This document shows, piece by piece, positions 55,346-64,000 of a stretch of DNA of 64,000 nucleotides (position 1 is the first letter of the stretch; every line of letters begins with the position of its first letter). A model generated the notes under the pieces. That model made no database searches. It had not been told where the DNA came from and was given only the letters and a program-made list of their open reading frames with translations. The position numbers and the translations under genes are program-made. This DNA is from Sedimentisphaerales bacterium (lineage in GTDB: Bacteria; Planctomycetota; Phycisphaerae; Sedimentisphaerales; Anaerobacaceae): NCBI GenBank assembly GCA_035528395.1, contig DATKYR010000119.1, positions 1,702-65,701 on the forward strand, given 5' to 3'.

Positions 55346-56950
55346 TTAACGCTCCCACATTCCATCCGGACGGACGTGGAGCACTTCCGTGTCACGATAA
55401 AATTTTAAGGTCGCAATAGTATAATCGACCAGAGATTGCGTAGCGGCATCCTGGGCGTTAAACAGGTCGTCCTGGGCGCTGAGCACACGGCGGCTGCTTG
55501 CTCGGCCGTACTGAAGCAGTAGAAAGGTATTTTTAAAGCGTTTCTCAGCCAGTATGAGGCTCTCTGACTGCACTTTATAGCGTTCAGCCGCTTCGGAAAG
55601 GTCGCGGTAGGCCTGGCGCACCTGGAGCCTGACCATATCAGCGGCCTGGTCGTACTCTCGCTGTCGTTGGTTCAACGTTATCAGAGCTTTGCGATAAACG
55701 TGCTGTTCGGGCACCCTGTCCAGGGGTAAGTCAAGTTCAAAACCAACGTCATAGTCCTCTCTCAACCATCCCAGTGTCTGGCTATTGGCTCGTCTTGCTG
55801 AAATAGCATTGGCACTGCGAACCAGGTTTAACTCGGCACGCAGGCTGTCGGCGGCAACAAAAACTTTACGCTGGGCATCGATGACGGCATCAGCATTGTT
55901 GGCCAGGTCGAGACGCCGAAGCAAGGCGGTTTCGATGACCTCTGCCTCAGCAAAATCAGGCTCAACTCTCTCCGCAGCCCTTAAAGCTTCAAGCTCACCA
56001 TCGTCTAATTGGAATTCTGCCGTCGTGCGTAAACTCAGAGTTATCTTGAATTCATCAAGTGCCTGTTTGTATTCTTTTTCTGCCTGAATACAGGTATCTA
56101 ATGCGCGCATCTTATCCTGGCGAACCCGGTCCAGCTCGAACTGAGGCACACGTCCTGCGTTGGCTAATTTTTCGACCCGCTCATAGACCCTGTCCAGGGT
56201 ATTGTAATTTCGATGAGCATTTTTTACTGAATCAAGCCGCTGCAAAACCCCGTAATACTGACTGATAATCGAGACCACGAATGTTTTACGGAACCGGTTG
56301 AATAACCGCACCTGATACAGCGTGTCACGTTCAGCTTGAGTTAGATTTTCCAGGACGACTCTGCGGTCGCTGCCGCGAAGCAAAGGTTGTATTACGGTTA
56401 TGTTTAAGAGCGAAGCCAGGCCGCCCCGCAGATTACCGGTAAACACCTCGGCCCAGGCAGCAGCAAGATTTACACTGATGCTGGTCCCGTTGGCTAACAA
56501 TTGGTTAAAACCATAATTTGCTTCAATCCCCAGTACCGCATCATTGCGGTCAGCCGAATATCCAATCCCTGCCCCACCGAAAAACTGCCTTTCAAACTCG
56601 TGACGGGTCAGTCGCAGGTCCAGGGCTTTGATGTAAAGCGCTTCTTTTTGGGTCTGATATTCACGATTGTGAGCCGTCGCAAGCGCTACAGCCTGTGAGA
56701 GACTCAGAATGCCGGATGCGGGGACGGCTTTTTCAATTTGGATGTCATTTGGTGAGGGCGCAGTGTCACTGACCTTGTAGTTAACTTTGGTGCCGAAATC
56801 TTTCCGCCATTTTTTGTCGATGATGTTATAGACTTTTTCGTCAGCTTCCTTTTTATAGTTATGCTGAATGCACCCGGTCAAACTACACAAACAGACAAGG
56901 CCGCATATAATAAAATAAGCTAACTGTTTGGTAAAATTATTGCAAATCAT
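55346..56950 (-). CDS. TolC-family outer membrane efflux protein
   Basis: Has a lipoprotein-like signal (LCSLTGC). The two-fold repeated helical/beta architecture is typical of OEP proteins (LSLSQAVALATAHNREYQ..., ...AQDAATQSLVDYTIA). Confidence 0.8.
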   Translation of the reverse strand: MICNNFTKQLAYFIICGLVCLCSLTGCIQHNYKKEADEKVYNIIDKKWRKDFGTKVNYKVSDTAPSPNDIQIEKAVPASGILSLSQAVALATAHNREYQTQKEALYIKALDLRLTRHEFERQFFGGAGIGYSADRNDAVLGIEANYGFNQLLANGTSISVNLAAAWAEVFTGNLRGGLASLLNITVIQPLLRGSDRRVVLENLTQAERDTLYQVRLFNRFRKTFVVSIISQYYGVLQRLDSVKNAHRNYNTLDRVYERVEKLANAGRVPQFELDRVRQDKMRALDTCIQAEKEYKQALDEFKITLSLRTTAEFQLDDGELEALRAAERVEPDFAEAEVIETALLRRLDLANNADAVIDAQRKVFVAADSLRAELNLVRSANAISARRANSQTLGWLREDYDVGFELDLPLDRVPEQHVYRKALITLNQRQREYDQAADMVRLQVRQAYRDLSEAAERYKVQSESLILAEKRFKNTFLLLQYGRASSRRVLSAQDDLFNAQDAATQSLVDYTIATLKFYRDTEVLHVRPDGMWER

Positions 56951-56973
56951 ATATTTGGTATTTGTTCCCGTAA

Positions 56974-57071
56974 GGGCGGTTCACGACTCATGCTACGTAG
57001 TGATTCATCCTTCGCAGTCCCGATTTTCTCAGGACGGAGAACAGAGTTACCTCACAGAGTAGTAACCGCCC
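56974..57071 (-). other. structured intercistronic spacer closed by GGGCGGTT / AACCGCCC
   Basis: The 8-bp GC-rich arms at 56974-56981 and 57064-57071 enclose about 82 nt between the hlyD-like stop and the tolC-like start. The palindrome CTACGTAG lies inside. Confidence 0.4.
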
Positions 57072-57073
57072 GA

Positions 57074-58249
57074 CTACAGTCTGCGTATCCCGACCACCTC
57101 ACCTATTATCAGCTTCATTTGAGGTGGAGCTTTCACCAGGAACGGTCGTCCCCACTCGGGAACGTTTGGATTTCGCCACAGCCGTGCCGGTAATTGTTCC
57201 ACAATCGGCCCGATATATATTATCTGCGAACGTGCAATCTCAATCTTTTCTGGCTCGCTCTTTTTGACGAGTTCTACAACCATTCCTTTTTGAATTTGAT
57301 TCACCTGGTCTTCGACGGCGTAGGCGATGATTTCAGTCGGCTTAACCTCTGCGATTGTGAGTATCGGCTCACCTGCTAAAACAGCTTCTCCAGGCCAACG
57401 TTGAATCTGGCTGACCACACCGTCAATTGGAGCCGTTAGCTTTAATGCCTCCCGTGGCACTAATGCCTCAATTTGTACTAATAATTCGTCCATCCGTCGT
57501 TCCTGAATCTTTATTGCTTTGCGGATAACATCCAGAGCATCCTCTACTGATGGATGGTGTGGTTTGTATCGGGCATATTCGTCCCACCGCTGCTGAGTTT
57601 GTTTGAGGGCGGCTTTCGCCTGCTCCAGTAGTTGCTCATTTTCCTCAATCTTTTTTGCCAGAGTCTCGTATTGGACATTTGCTTTCTGCAGCTCATAAGG
57701 CGCAACGGCCTCCTGTGCCAAAAGCTCCTGGACGGTTTGTACTTCCAGGGCCAGGTCTTCTAACATTATTTTGTCGGTTTCAATTTGTGCTCTGAGCCTT
57801 AGTATCTCAAGTCTGGCATTTTCCACGTCAACTGAAAATCTTCTACCGTCGCTGAGACGATTGGTTTCCCGGTCGTTTTTTTCAGCGAGCAGGTCGTCCT
57901 GAGTCGGGACTAATTGTGCCGTCAGGTGTTCTATTTCCGCTAAAATAACGGACAATTGTGCCTGCAACCGGGTCCGTGGTTGTTCATTATCGACTATAGT
58001 ATCAACCACAGCCACCGGTTGTCCCAGGCTGACTTGCTCAAACAATTGAACAGGCACGCTTTTCAGCCGTCCCGTGCAGTTGGCTGCTATCTGACGTACC
58101 TGTCCCTGGGCTATGCCTAAGACTTCAAAACGTCGTGAGCGACGAGTGAAAAGCCCGACCACGCATGCGACGACGCTCAACCACACCAAAATAGGCAGGA
58201 GGTGCCGACGTAAACGAGAAAGATAACTTATGGGGCTTATTATTTTCAT
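57074..58249 (-). CDS. HlyD-family periplasmic adaptor (membrane fusion protein)
   Basis: Single N-terminal TM (LLPILVWLSVVACVVGLF), a long coiled-coil hairpin, and lipoyl/beta-barrel-type segments (GQPVAVVD..., LTAPIDGVVSQI, GMVVELV). Confidence 0.8.
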   Translation of the reverse strand: MKIISPISYLSRLRRHLLPILVWLSVVACVVGLFTRRSRRFEVLGIAQGQVRQIAANCTGRLKSVPVQLFEQVSLGQPVAVVDTIVDNEQPRTRLQAQLSVILAEIEHLTAQLVPTQDDLLAEKNDRETNRLSDGRRFSVDVENARLEILRLRAQIETDKIMLEDLALEVQTVQELLAQEAVAPYELQKANVQYETLAKKIEENEQLLEQAKAALKQTQQRWDEYARYKPHHPSVEDALDVIRKAIKIQERRMDELLVQIEALVPREALKLTAPIDGVVSQIQRWPGEAVLAGEPILTIAEVKPTEIIAYAVEDQVNQIQKGMVVELVKKSEPEKIEIARSQIIYIGPIVEQLPARLWRNPNVPEWGRPFLVKAPPQMKLIIGEVVGIRRL

Positions 58250-58256
58250 ACGTGAC

Positions 58257-58955
58257 TTAGACCTCCAGCAACCGTTCCTGCATTGTCAGACTGATATTTT
58301 CGAGGCCTTCGACTTGTTGCAGCTCGGACAACATCTGTTGGTTTTTTGCGGCATTTCTTATCATCAACTGATAGGCGTATTCGACTTCGGCGGTGCCAAA
58401 GCCGCTCTCTTGCGCCGAGATGAGGGTGAAACTGCCGCAGAAACGTCTCAGGATAGCTGAGATTGGGCTGTCGGGCCCAATATGGCCCCTGAAACTAAAC
58501 CGCAAAAAGCCGTTGTGCGGCTGATGAGTACCGAAGCCGGTCAGATGCAAATATATTACTATTAAACTCAGAATAATGGTCCCGACAATGGCGACTGCGT
58601 AGCGCTGAGAGCCTGCTGCCATGCCCACAACCAGTGAACAAAAAATGAAGGCTATGTCTCTGGTGTCTTTGATAATGTTGCGAAAACGTATAATCGCTAA
58701 AGCACCCATCAGCCCGACAGCGGTGATGATACTGGTACCGATGACAGCCATAACCATTGCCACGACGACGGTGATTAGAACCAGTGATTGGACAAAGGAT
58801 TTTGAATAAGACAGACCGCTATGAGTGAAGTAATAAACCCAGGCCAGGACCTGTCCGAGAACAAAGGCAAGCAGCAGTGACAGGAGAACTGCCTCGGGTG
58901 TAAAAACCCCCCCTGCTGAAGGTGTATCTTGCAATATTTGCCAAATTCTATCCAT
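58257..58955 (-). CDS. DUF4956-family multi-pass membrane protein
   Basis: ALAIIRFRNIIKDTRDIAFIFCSLVVGMAAG is the family-typical core, as I recall it. Has four to five TM segments. The start is taken at MDRIWQ (58953-58955), 5 nt after the upstream stop. The track start at 58985 would overlap the upstream gene instead. Confidence 0.75.
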   Translation of the reverse strand: MDRIWQILQDTPSAGGVFTPEAVLLSLLLAFVLGQVLAWVYYFTHSGLSYSKSFVQSLVLITVVVAMVMAVIGTSIITAVGLMGALAIIRFRNIIKDTRDIAFIFCSLVVGMAAGSQRYAVAIVGTIILSLIVIYLHLTGFGTHQPHNGFLRFSFRGHIGPDSPISAILRRFCGSFTLISAQESGFGTAEVEYAYQLMIRNAAKNQQMLSELQQVEGLENISLTMQERLLEV

Positions 58956-58960
58956 AATTA

Positions 58961-59851
58961 TTACACCACTAACCGGGGTGCACAAAACTTTAACAAACAG
59001 GATTCTTTAATTGAAGAAGCATACTTTGAAATTGATTGCTGCCGTAAGTTGAAACACTTGACCATCCGGTTCAGCCAAACAGGGTAATGGGCGGTAAACT
59101 TGACTTCCAAAATAACGCCGCCCAAAGTAAAAGAATTACGCTGCCAGGCTCCACCGGCAAGTCTGACTTCGGGCAAGCTGGTAACATGGTAAGCAAGCTC
59201 TCGGTCGAAGGTTACTCTTACTCTGTTTTCCGAACCGCCTTCGTATGCCTGCCGAGTGTAACGAACTAATACCGCAGGCCTGGCTCTGATGTTGTTCATA
59301 TAGAACTGGAATTGATTGATTGTCTCGGTGTCGGCGGTATAATTCTCTGGCGGCAGAGGCGAGCCTGCAAGCAAAGTTGTCACATCGCTGTGCATAACGC
59401 GGGCCCTGCTTTTCATAATAATAGTGTTTATCCGGCGCTTAATCTCAAGAAAGCGTGGATAGTCTGGTTCGTCAGTGTAGCTGCGGATTCGCAGCTTGAA
59501 GCGATTTTTATGTCCTCCGAGGCTCTCTCTGCAGAGCTGCAGGTCATCCGAATCCAGATAGAGACTCACAATCGGATAATCACCGCTTCGATGCAATTTA
59601 CAGTACCGATCCCGTTGCAAGTATGGCTTAATAAACTGGGCTATCGCCTCGGCCTTTGACTCACTAATATGATATTTCAGCTCGTGTCGGCACCTGAGAG
59701 TACGGTCGGTCAGCTTATCCGGTATTTTTACCGTGCTCGCTTTGTCTTTGCGGTAGCGAGGGCCGGTATTCCCCCCGTTAGAAGGGGTCTTCGACTGCCC
59801 GGAAGTCTGTTTTATTGATTTACCCTCAAACATAATAACCTTCGTTATCAA
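58961..59851 (-). CDS. VTC-domain (polyphosphate-polymerase-like, CYTH/triphosphate-tunnel superfamily) protein
   Basis: Motifs RHELKYHIS, IVSLYLDSDDL, RFKLRIRSY, RFLEIKRR, VRVTFDREL, VILEVKF, SISKY follow the alternating-charge strand pattern of VTC domains. Confidence 0.75.
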   Translation of the reverse strand: MITKVIMFEGKSIKQTSGQSKTPSNGGNTGPRYRKDKASTVKIPDKLTDRTLRCRHELKYHISESKAEAIAQFIKPYLQRDRYCKLHRSGDYPIVSLYLDSDDLQLCRESLGGHKNRFKLRIRSYTDEPDYPRFLEIKRRINTIIMKSRARVMHSDVTTLLAGSPLPPENYTADTETINQFQFYMNNIRARPAVLVRYTRQAYEGGSENRVRVTFDRELAYHVTSLPEVRLAGGAWQRNSFTLGGVILEVKFTAHYPVWLNRMVKCFNLRQQSISKYASSIKESCLLKFCAPRLVV

Positions 59852-60151
59852 AACAATTAGTATTGAAGGATGTGGAAATTGTTAACTTTATTTATTTCAG
59901 GAACTTACGGCCTGAGATATCTGTTAACGGACGTTTATCATGCTCGACAATGCACAAGGCCGGTTTTCTGTTACGTTGACCCTGCTTTTGTACCGCTTAG
60001 AACTAATATCCAAATCCAGAATTTTACCTATTCTAACATATATAAGGTGCTTAAGTCAATACCATTTTAGTTCTAATAAATGTCCTAACGATTATGGGAC
60101 TTTGTTTGAGAGCCTAATTTACTTCTGCCCCACTGATGGGCTAAGCAGCAA

Positions 60152-60168
60152 CCCCGATTTTATCGGGG
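60152..60168 (-). terminator. weak hairpin CCCCGAT-ttt-ATCGGGG just downstream of the 60179..61699 stop
   Basis: A 7-bp stem 11 nt from the stop codon. There is no clear U-tract on the minus strand. Confidence 0.3.
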
Positions 60169-60178
60169 GGCAAAACGC

Positions 60179-61699
60179 TCAACCACACATTTTGGAATTG
60201 TGGGACCGTTTCTTCATTCGAAAAGGTATCAACTGAGCTGTCAATAAAATTATCAATCCAACACATACGCTTAGTGTGGTCCAGGTAATCACAGCCGAAA
60301 TCATCAACACCAACCATACTGACACTTGCATACCCGGTACGGGCACACACAGTTTGGCACTGAGTTTATGCCAACGCCATGTTCTATAGATAGTGGCAAG
60401 CACTTCATAAACTCCCAGGCATATAAAGAGAGTAATGACAACATACACGGACAAAGGTAGCTTGCCTTGTTCGGCCACCACTCCCATATCGACCGACCCG
60501 CGTGTGAGCACAAATAGCACAGCGGCTTCGCCAAGATATGGTGCATCAGATAGATTTGACAACATACGAGGCGCCAGCAGTGTCCCATTCGGCAATGGCC
60601 ACGAGCCGACTATAGCTTGCCCAGTAAGCGTATATGCATGGTCAAACCGTCCCATAGCCCTTGCAGCCCCGATACCGAAGGCACTTGCTGCAATACCATA
60701 GCCACCTACGACGGGCCCGGCATCCACGTCATCTAATGCAAACCATCCCACATCGACATCCTTTGGATACTCCCTAAACCCGGCCAACCATCGCCCCTGT
60801 TGCCAAAACTGTTCCTCATATTTGGCATACCATTCGCGGGCGGTTTCCGGCCACAACTCAGGTGCCCAGATAAGCATGAATGACAATCCTACGCCGCGAG
60901 CGCTGTCTTTGGCATGTCCTGTCTTTGAATCGACAAAATAGGCGGGCAGGTCCGTATCTTTGTCAAGACGTGTCTCCTGAAACCCGCGAATCGCGCGGGC
61001 GGCAAAATCAGCATGGTCGGTGCCCAAAACCACATCCGCCCGCCGAATTGCGGCGATCGCGGGCAGTACGTCAACAGGGTAGCATTGGCCGGGATAATCG
61101 TCCAATAGTCCATACGGAGATTGGTCGAGCTCGCTCGACAGCGATTCCACCTGGCTACGCAGGAGCTCTTCATATCTTGTGTCACCACAAAGCTTCTGAT
61201 AACTGGTCAATCCGCTGATTAGCAACATCCTGTAGAACAGATTCTCCTTCTCAAGGTAGGCATCCCCCCAGTGATCTTTGACCCAGCTTGCATGATTGGG
61301 GTCAGCGACCAGAGCTGCGGCCGCCTCTATCACGCCTCGTGCATAGTCCCTCGGCGCAGACGACGCGAGCGTCGGATTCTCGTTGAATGCTCCCTGCAGT
61401 GCCTCAGTCGCCCACAGATAGAACACTGAACCAAACATCGGCCATTCAGTTCCGGATATGTTCTCAGTAGTCAGCTTCGTTGCAGACTTTGATTCCACAC
61501 GTTGTCGGGCCCATTTCTCGTACCTGGAGGAGAGTGCTTTATGCCAGCGAAACACACAATGTGGCATTTTGTCGCTGTACAGGCCCGGATCTCGCAGGTC
61601 GTGAATCAGCATCCCGGCCAGGATAAGCAAAGCGTACGCCGACAGGAAAATCATGATAGCGGCATTGATATTGACACACAATGTCAATCGCTTCTTCAT
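60179..61699 (-). CDS. hypothetical integral membrane protein with a large extracytoplasmic alpha-helical domain
   Basis: N-terminal TM (AAIMIFLSAYALLILAGML) and three C-terminal TM segments. No catalytic motif recognised. Confidence 0.6.
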   Translation of the reverse strand: MKKRLTLCVNINAAIMIFLSAYALLILAGMLIHDLRDPGLYSDKMPHCVFRWHKALSSRYEKWARQRVESKSATKLTTENISGTEWPMFGSVFYLWATEALQGAFNENPTLASSAPRDYARGVIEAAAALVADPNHASWVKDHWGDAYLEKENLFYRMLLISGLTSYQKLCGDTRYEELLRSQVESLSSELDQSPYGLLDDYPGQCYPVDVLPAIAAIRRADVVLGTDHADFAARAIRGFQETRLDKDTDLPAYFVDSKTGHAKDSARGVGLSFMLIWAPELWPETAREWYAKYEEQFWQQGRWLAGFREYPKDVDVGWFALDDVDAGPVVGGYGIAASAFGIGAARAMGRFDHAYTLTGQAIVGSWPLPNGTLLAPRMLSNLSDAPYLGEAAVLFVLTRGSVDMGVVAEQGKLPLSVYVVITLFICLGVYEVLATIYRTWRWHKLSAKLCVPVPGMQVSVWLVLMISAVITWTTLSVCVGLIILLTAQLIPFRMKKRSHNSKMCG

Positions 61700-61952
61700 G
61701 TTTTACCTCCCCGTGTCCAAACACTATATGCTTGAAGGTAACATATCGTGATGTCGATGTCAATCGAATCCGGTGTTTTACCTTGGATGTCCAGAGAACA
61801 TACAAAAGTTTTCCACAAAGCATATTGACTATTGACTGTTAGATTCATAAACTACAGATTTTAAATTGCGAAATACGAGACCTGTCCTGAGCGCGGTCGC
61901 TCGTGCTTCGTAGCGAAGCGCTACTTCTCAGAGTAGCAAAGGATACTAAATC

Positions 61953-63275
61953 ATGGCAGAGAAGATTGTGAAAATTGGACTTGTTGGTTTCGGCACGGTA
62001 GGCACCGGCGTCGCAAAGCTGATAATCGAAGATGCGGATTCGATAGCAGTCAAAACCGGTCTTCGGCTGGAGCTTGCCTGCGTTGTTGATATCGACACAA
62101 AATCCGCCCGTCCGGTTAAACTGCCCGATGGTATCCTCACCGATGACCTGAATAGGTTGCTGGATGATAAGACTATTCAAATCGGCGTTGAGACGATTGG
62201 AGGAACCGATATAGCGAAACAGGTCCACCTGAAATTACTTGAGGCGGGTAAAGACGTGGTTACCGCCAACAAGGCCTTACTGGCTGTGCACGGCAATGAA
62301 CTTTACAGGGCCGCTCACAAGAACAATCGCTGTATAGCCTTTGAGGCCAGTTGTGCAGGAGGTATTCCTATTATCTCAGCTATCCGTACAGGATTAGCGG
62401 CAAATAATATCACTGCGATGTATGGCATCGTCAACGGGACCTGCAACTATATCCTCTCGAATATGACCTCGCAAAAAGAGGGATTCTCCGAGGCCTTAGC
62501 TCAAGCCCAGGAAAAAGGCTACGCCGAGGCGGACCCGACACTGGATATCAGCGGCGGCGACAGCGCACACAAGCTGGCTATCCTTTCCTCTATCGCTTTC
62601 GGATATGAAATAACACTCGACGACATCTTTGTCGAAGGCATCGAATCAATTTCAAAAGACGACATTCGCTACGGCGGCGAAATGGGCTACTGCTTGAAAT
62701 TACTGACGATAGGACAAAAAGACGATCACAACAGGATTTCTCTGAGAGTCCACCCGTCTTTTATTGCCGAGGATAACCCCCTTGCCCGTGTAGGAGGGCC
62801 CTTTAATGCCATCAGCATATTCGGCAGTGCCGTCGGGCAGGTGATGTTTTATGGCAGGGGTGCGGGAATGATGCCTACGGCAAGCGCGGTCGTCGCTGAT
62901 ATTATCGATGTGGCTCTGGGTAATTCCGCTACTACTTTTCGCCATTTGCGCCTGCAACCCAGAAGCCGGACGGCGCCGTTAATAGAGGAAATAGATAATC
63001 TTGTAAGCAGGTTTTACATCAAGATAATGTGCAATGACCAGCCGGGTGTAATAGCTCAGTGGAGCAAAGTACTTGCCGAGCACCAGATAAGTATATCCGG
63101 CGCGCTGCAGCACGAGGATATCGGGCCGGACAATACTGTGCCGGTAGTAATCGCAACCCACCCTACCCGGCAGAAAAATGTTACCGCCGCGTTGGAAGAT
63201 ATGAAAAAACTTGATGTGATTGGCGGAAAGCCGGTTTGCATAAGAATCGTAGATATTCCAGAGGATAAAGATTGA
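61953..63275 (+). CDS. hom: homoserine dehydrogenase with C-terminal ACT domain
   Basis: Motifs GLVGFGTVGTGV (NAD-binding), GIVNGTCNYIL, and the central AQEKGYAEADPTLDISGGDSAHKL. C-terminal ACT (FYIKIMCNDQPGV). Confidence 0.9.
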   Translation: MAEKIVKIGLVGFGTVGTGVAKLIIEDADSIAVKTGLRLELACVVDIDTKSARPVKLPDGILTDDLNRLLDDKTIQIGVETIGGTDIAKQVHLKLLEAGKDVVTANKALLAVHGNELYRAAHKNNRCIAFEASCAGGIPIISAIRTGLAANNITAMYGIVNGTCNYILSNMTSQKEGFSEALAQAQEKGYAEADPTLDISGGDSAHKLAILSSIAFGYEITLDDIFVEGIESISKDDIRYGGEMGYCLKLLTIGQKDDHNRISLRVHPSFIAEDNPLARVGGPFNAISIFGSAVGQVMFYGRGAGMMPTASAVVADIIDVALGNSATTFRHLRLQPRSRTAPLIEEIDNLVSRFYIKIMCNDQPGVIAQWSKVLAEHQISISGALQHEDIGPDNTVPVVIATHPTRQKNVTAALEDMKKLDVIGGKPVCIRIVDIPEDKD

Positions 63276-64000
63276 CAACCAAATACGCTATAATAATTCC
63301 CGATGGTGCAGCGGATGAACCCTTAGAGCAATTCGATAATAAGACCGTGCTTGAAGCTGCACACACACCCAATATGGACAAAATCAGCACGTTAGGCAGG
63401 CAGGGTCTTGTCCGGACGGTTCCTGTTGACATGGAACCCGGCAGCGATGTAGCTCAAATGAGTCTATTAGGCTACGACCCGAAGCGATATTATACCGGCC
63501 GAGCGCCAATTGAAGCGGTGGCACGCAATATCAAGCTGTCATTAGACGACTGGGTTTTCAGATGCAATCTTATTACCATTGCCGACGGCAAAATGGCAGA
63601 CCACAGTGCCGGACATATCTCCACTGCAGAGGCCGGCAAACTGATAAATGAATTAGACGACCAGCTTGGTAACGAGCAAATTCGTTTCCATACAGGCGTA
63701 AGCTATCGGCACTTACTGGTCTTCAAGGTCCTCGATTTCGACATTCAGACGTATCCTCCGCACGACCATATAGGTACGGCGATAGAAAAGATTTTACCTC
63801 GCGGCAAAGGTGCTGAACTGCTCATCGATTTGATGGCCCGTTCACAGCAGCTATTCACCAACCACGATATTAACAAAGTCAGAAAGGACCTGGGAGAAAA
63901 CCAGGTCAGCTCAATCTGGCTTTGGGGACAGGGTAAAAGAGCCCAGATGGAACGTTTCCAGAAGCGGTTTGGACTCAAAGGCGCTACTATAACCGCTGTT
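63272..64000 (+). CDS. cofactor-independent phosphoglycerate-mutase-like protein of the 'proposed homoserine kinase' type (3' end outside window)
   Basis: My own translation from TTG 63272, which overlaps the hom stop as TTGA: TTKYAIIIPDGAADEPL...HTPNMDKIS...PGSDVAQMSLLGYDP...ADHSAGHIS. The frame is open to the window end. It is not in the ORF track because no stop is reached. Confidence 0.75.
   Translation, partial: MTTKYAIIIPDGAADEPLEQFDNKTVLEAAHTPNMDKISTLGRQGLVRTVPVDMEPGSDVAQMSLLGYDPKRYYTGRAPIEAVARNIKLSLDDWVFRCNLITIADGKMADHSAGHISTAEAGKLINELDDQLGNEQIRFHTGVSYRHLLVFKVLDFDIQTYPPHDHIGTAIEKILPRGKGAELLIDLMARSQQLFTNHDINKVRKDLGENQVSSIWLWGQGKRAQMERFQKRFGLKGATITAV

Noticed and set aside
54940-55408. 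ORFs 54940..55182 (-) and 55151..55408 (+) in the leuS/tolC spacer
   Set aside because: The first lies on family A repeat copy 2. The second overlaps the 3' end of the TolC-like gene antisense and has no coding signature that I can see.

Overview
The window reads as a mostly core chromosomal stretch from a PVC-superphylum bacterium. It best fits an anaerobic Planctomycetota/Phycisphaerae-type genome. The evidence is a PVC-type small basic protein, several secreted LamG/BNR/FGE-domain proteins, and very dense short intergenic repeats. This taxonomic placement is inference only. I support about 45 protein-coding genes. They include a TAXI-TRAP transporter, an ADP-forming acyl-CoA synthetase next to a CoA-transferase/GNAT fusion, and dacB. 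There is a sensor-less histidine kinase coupled to two CNNM/CorC genes and an NfeD-NfeD-FloA operon. Two tandem Na/Pi-cotransporter/PhoU genes are present. A long minus-strand string runs leuS, S8 peptidase, CYTH, lipid kinase, kdsA, radical SAM. The window ends with hom followed by an iPGM-like 'proposed homoserine kinase'. I recognised no rRNA, tRNA, CRISPR array, prophage or IS transposase. The best candidate for an undescribed system is at 55.3-59.9 kb. There a VTC-domain (polyphosphate-polymerase-like) protein and its DUF4956 membrane partner sit in one tight operon with a HlyD adaptor and a TolC channel, and no canonical inner-membrane pump is present. Other points worth a second look follow. 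Two paralogous secreted repeat proteins share an almost identical promoter and terminator. At least three short mobile or palindromic repeat families are present, one with target-site duplications and one inserted inside operons. Short-period oligomer arrays fill several 5' leaders. All functional calls come from motif recognition by eye in the supplied translations. No database search was run.
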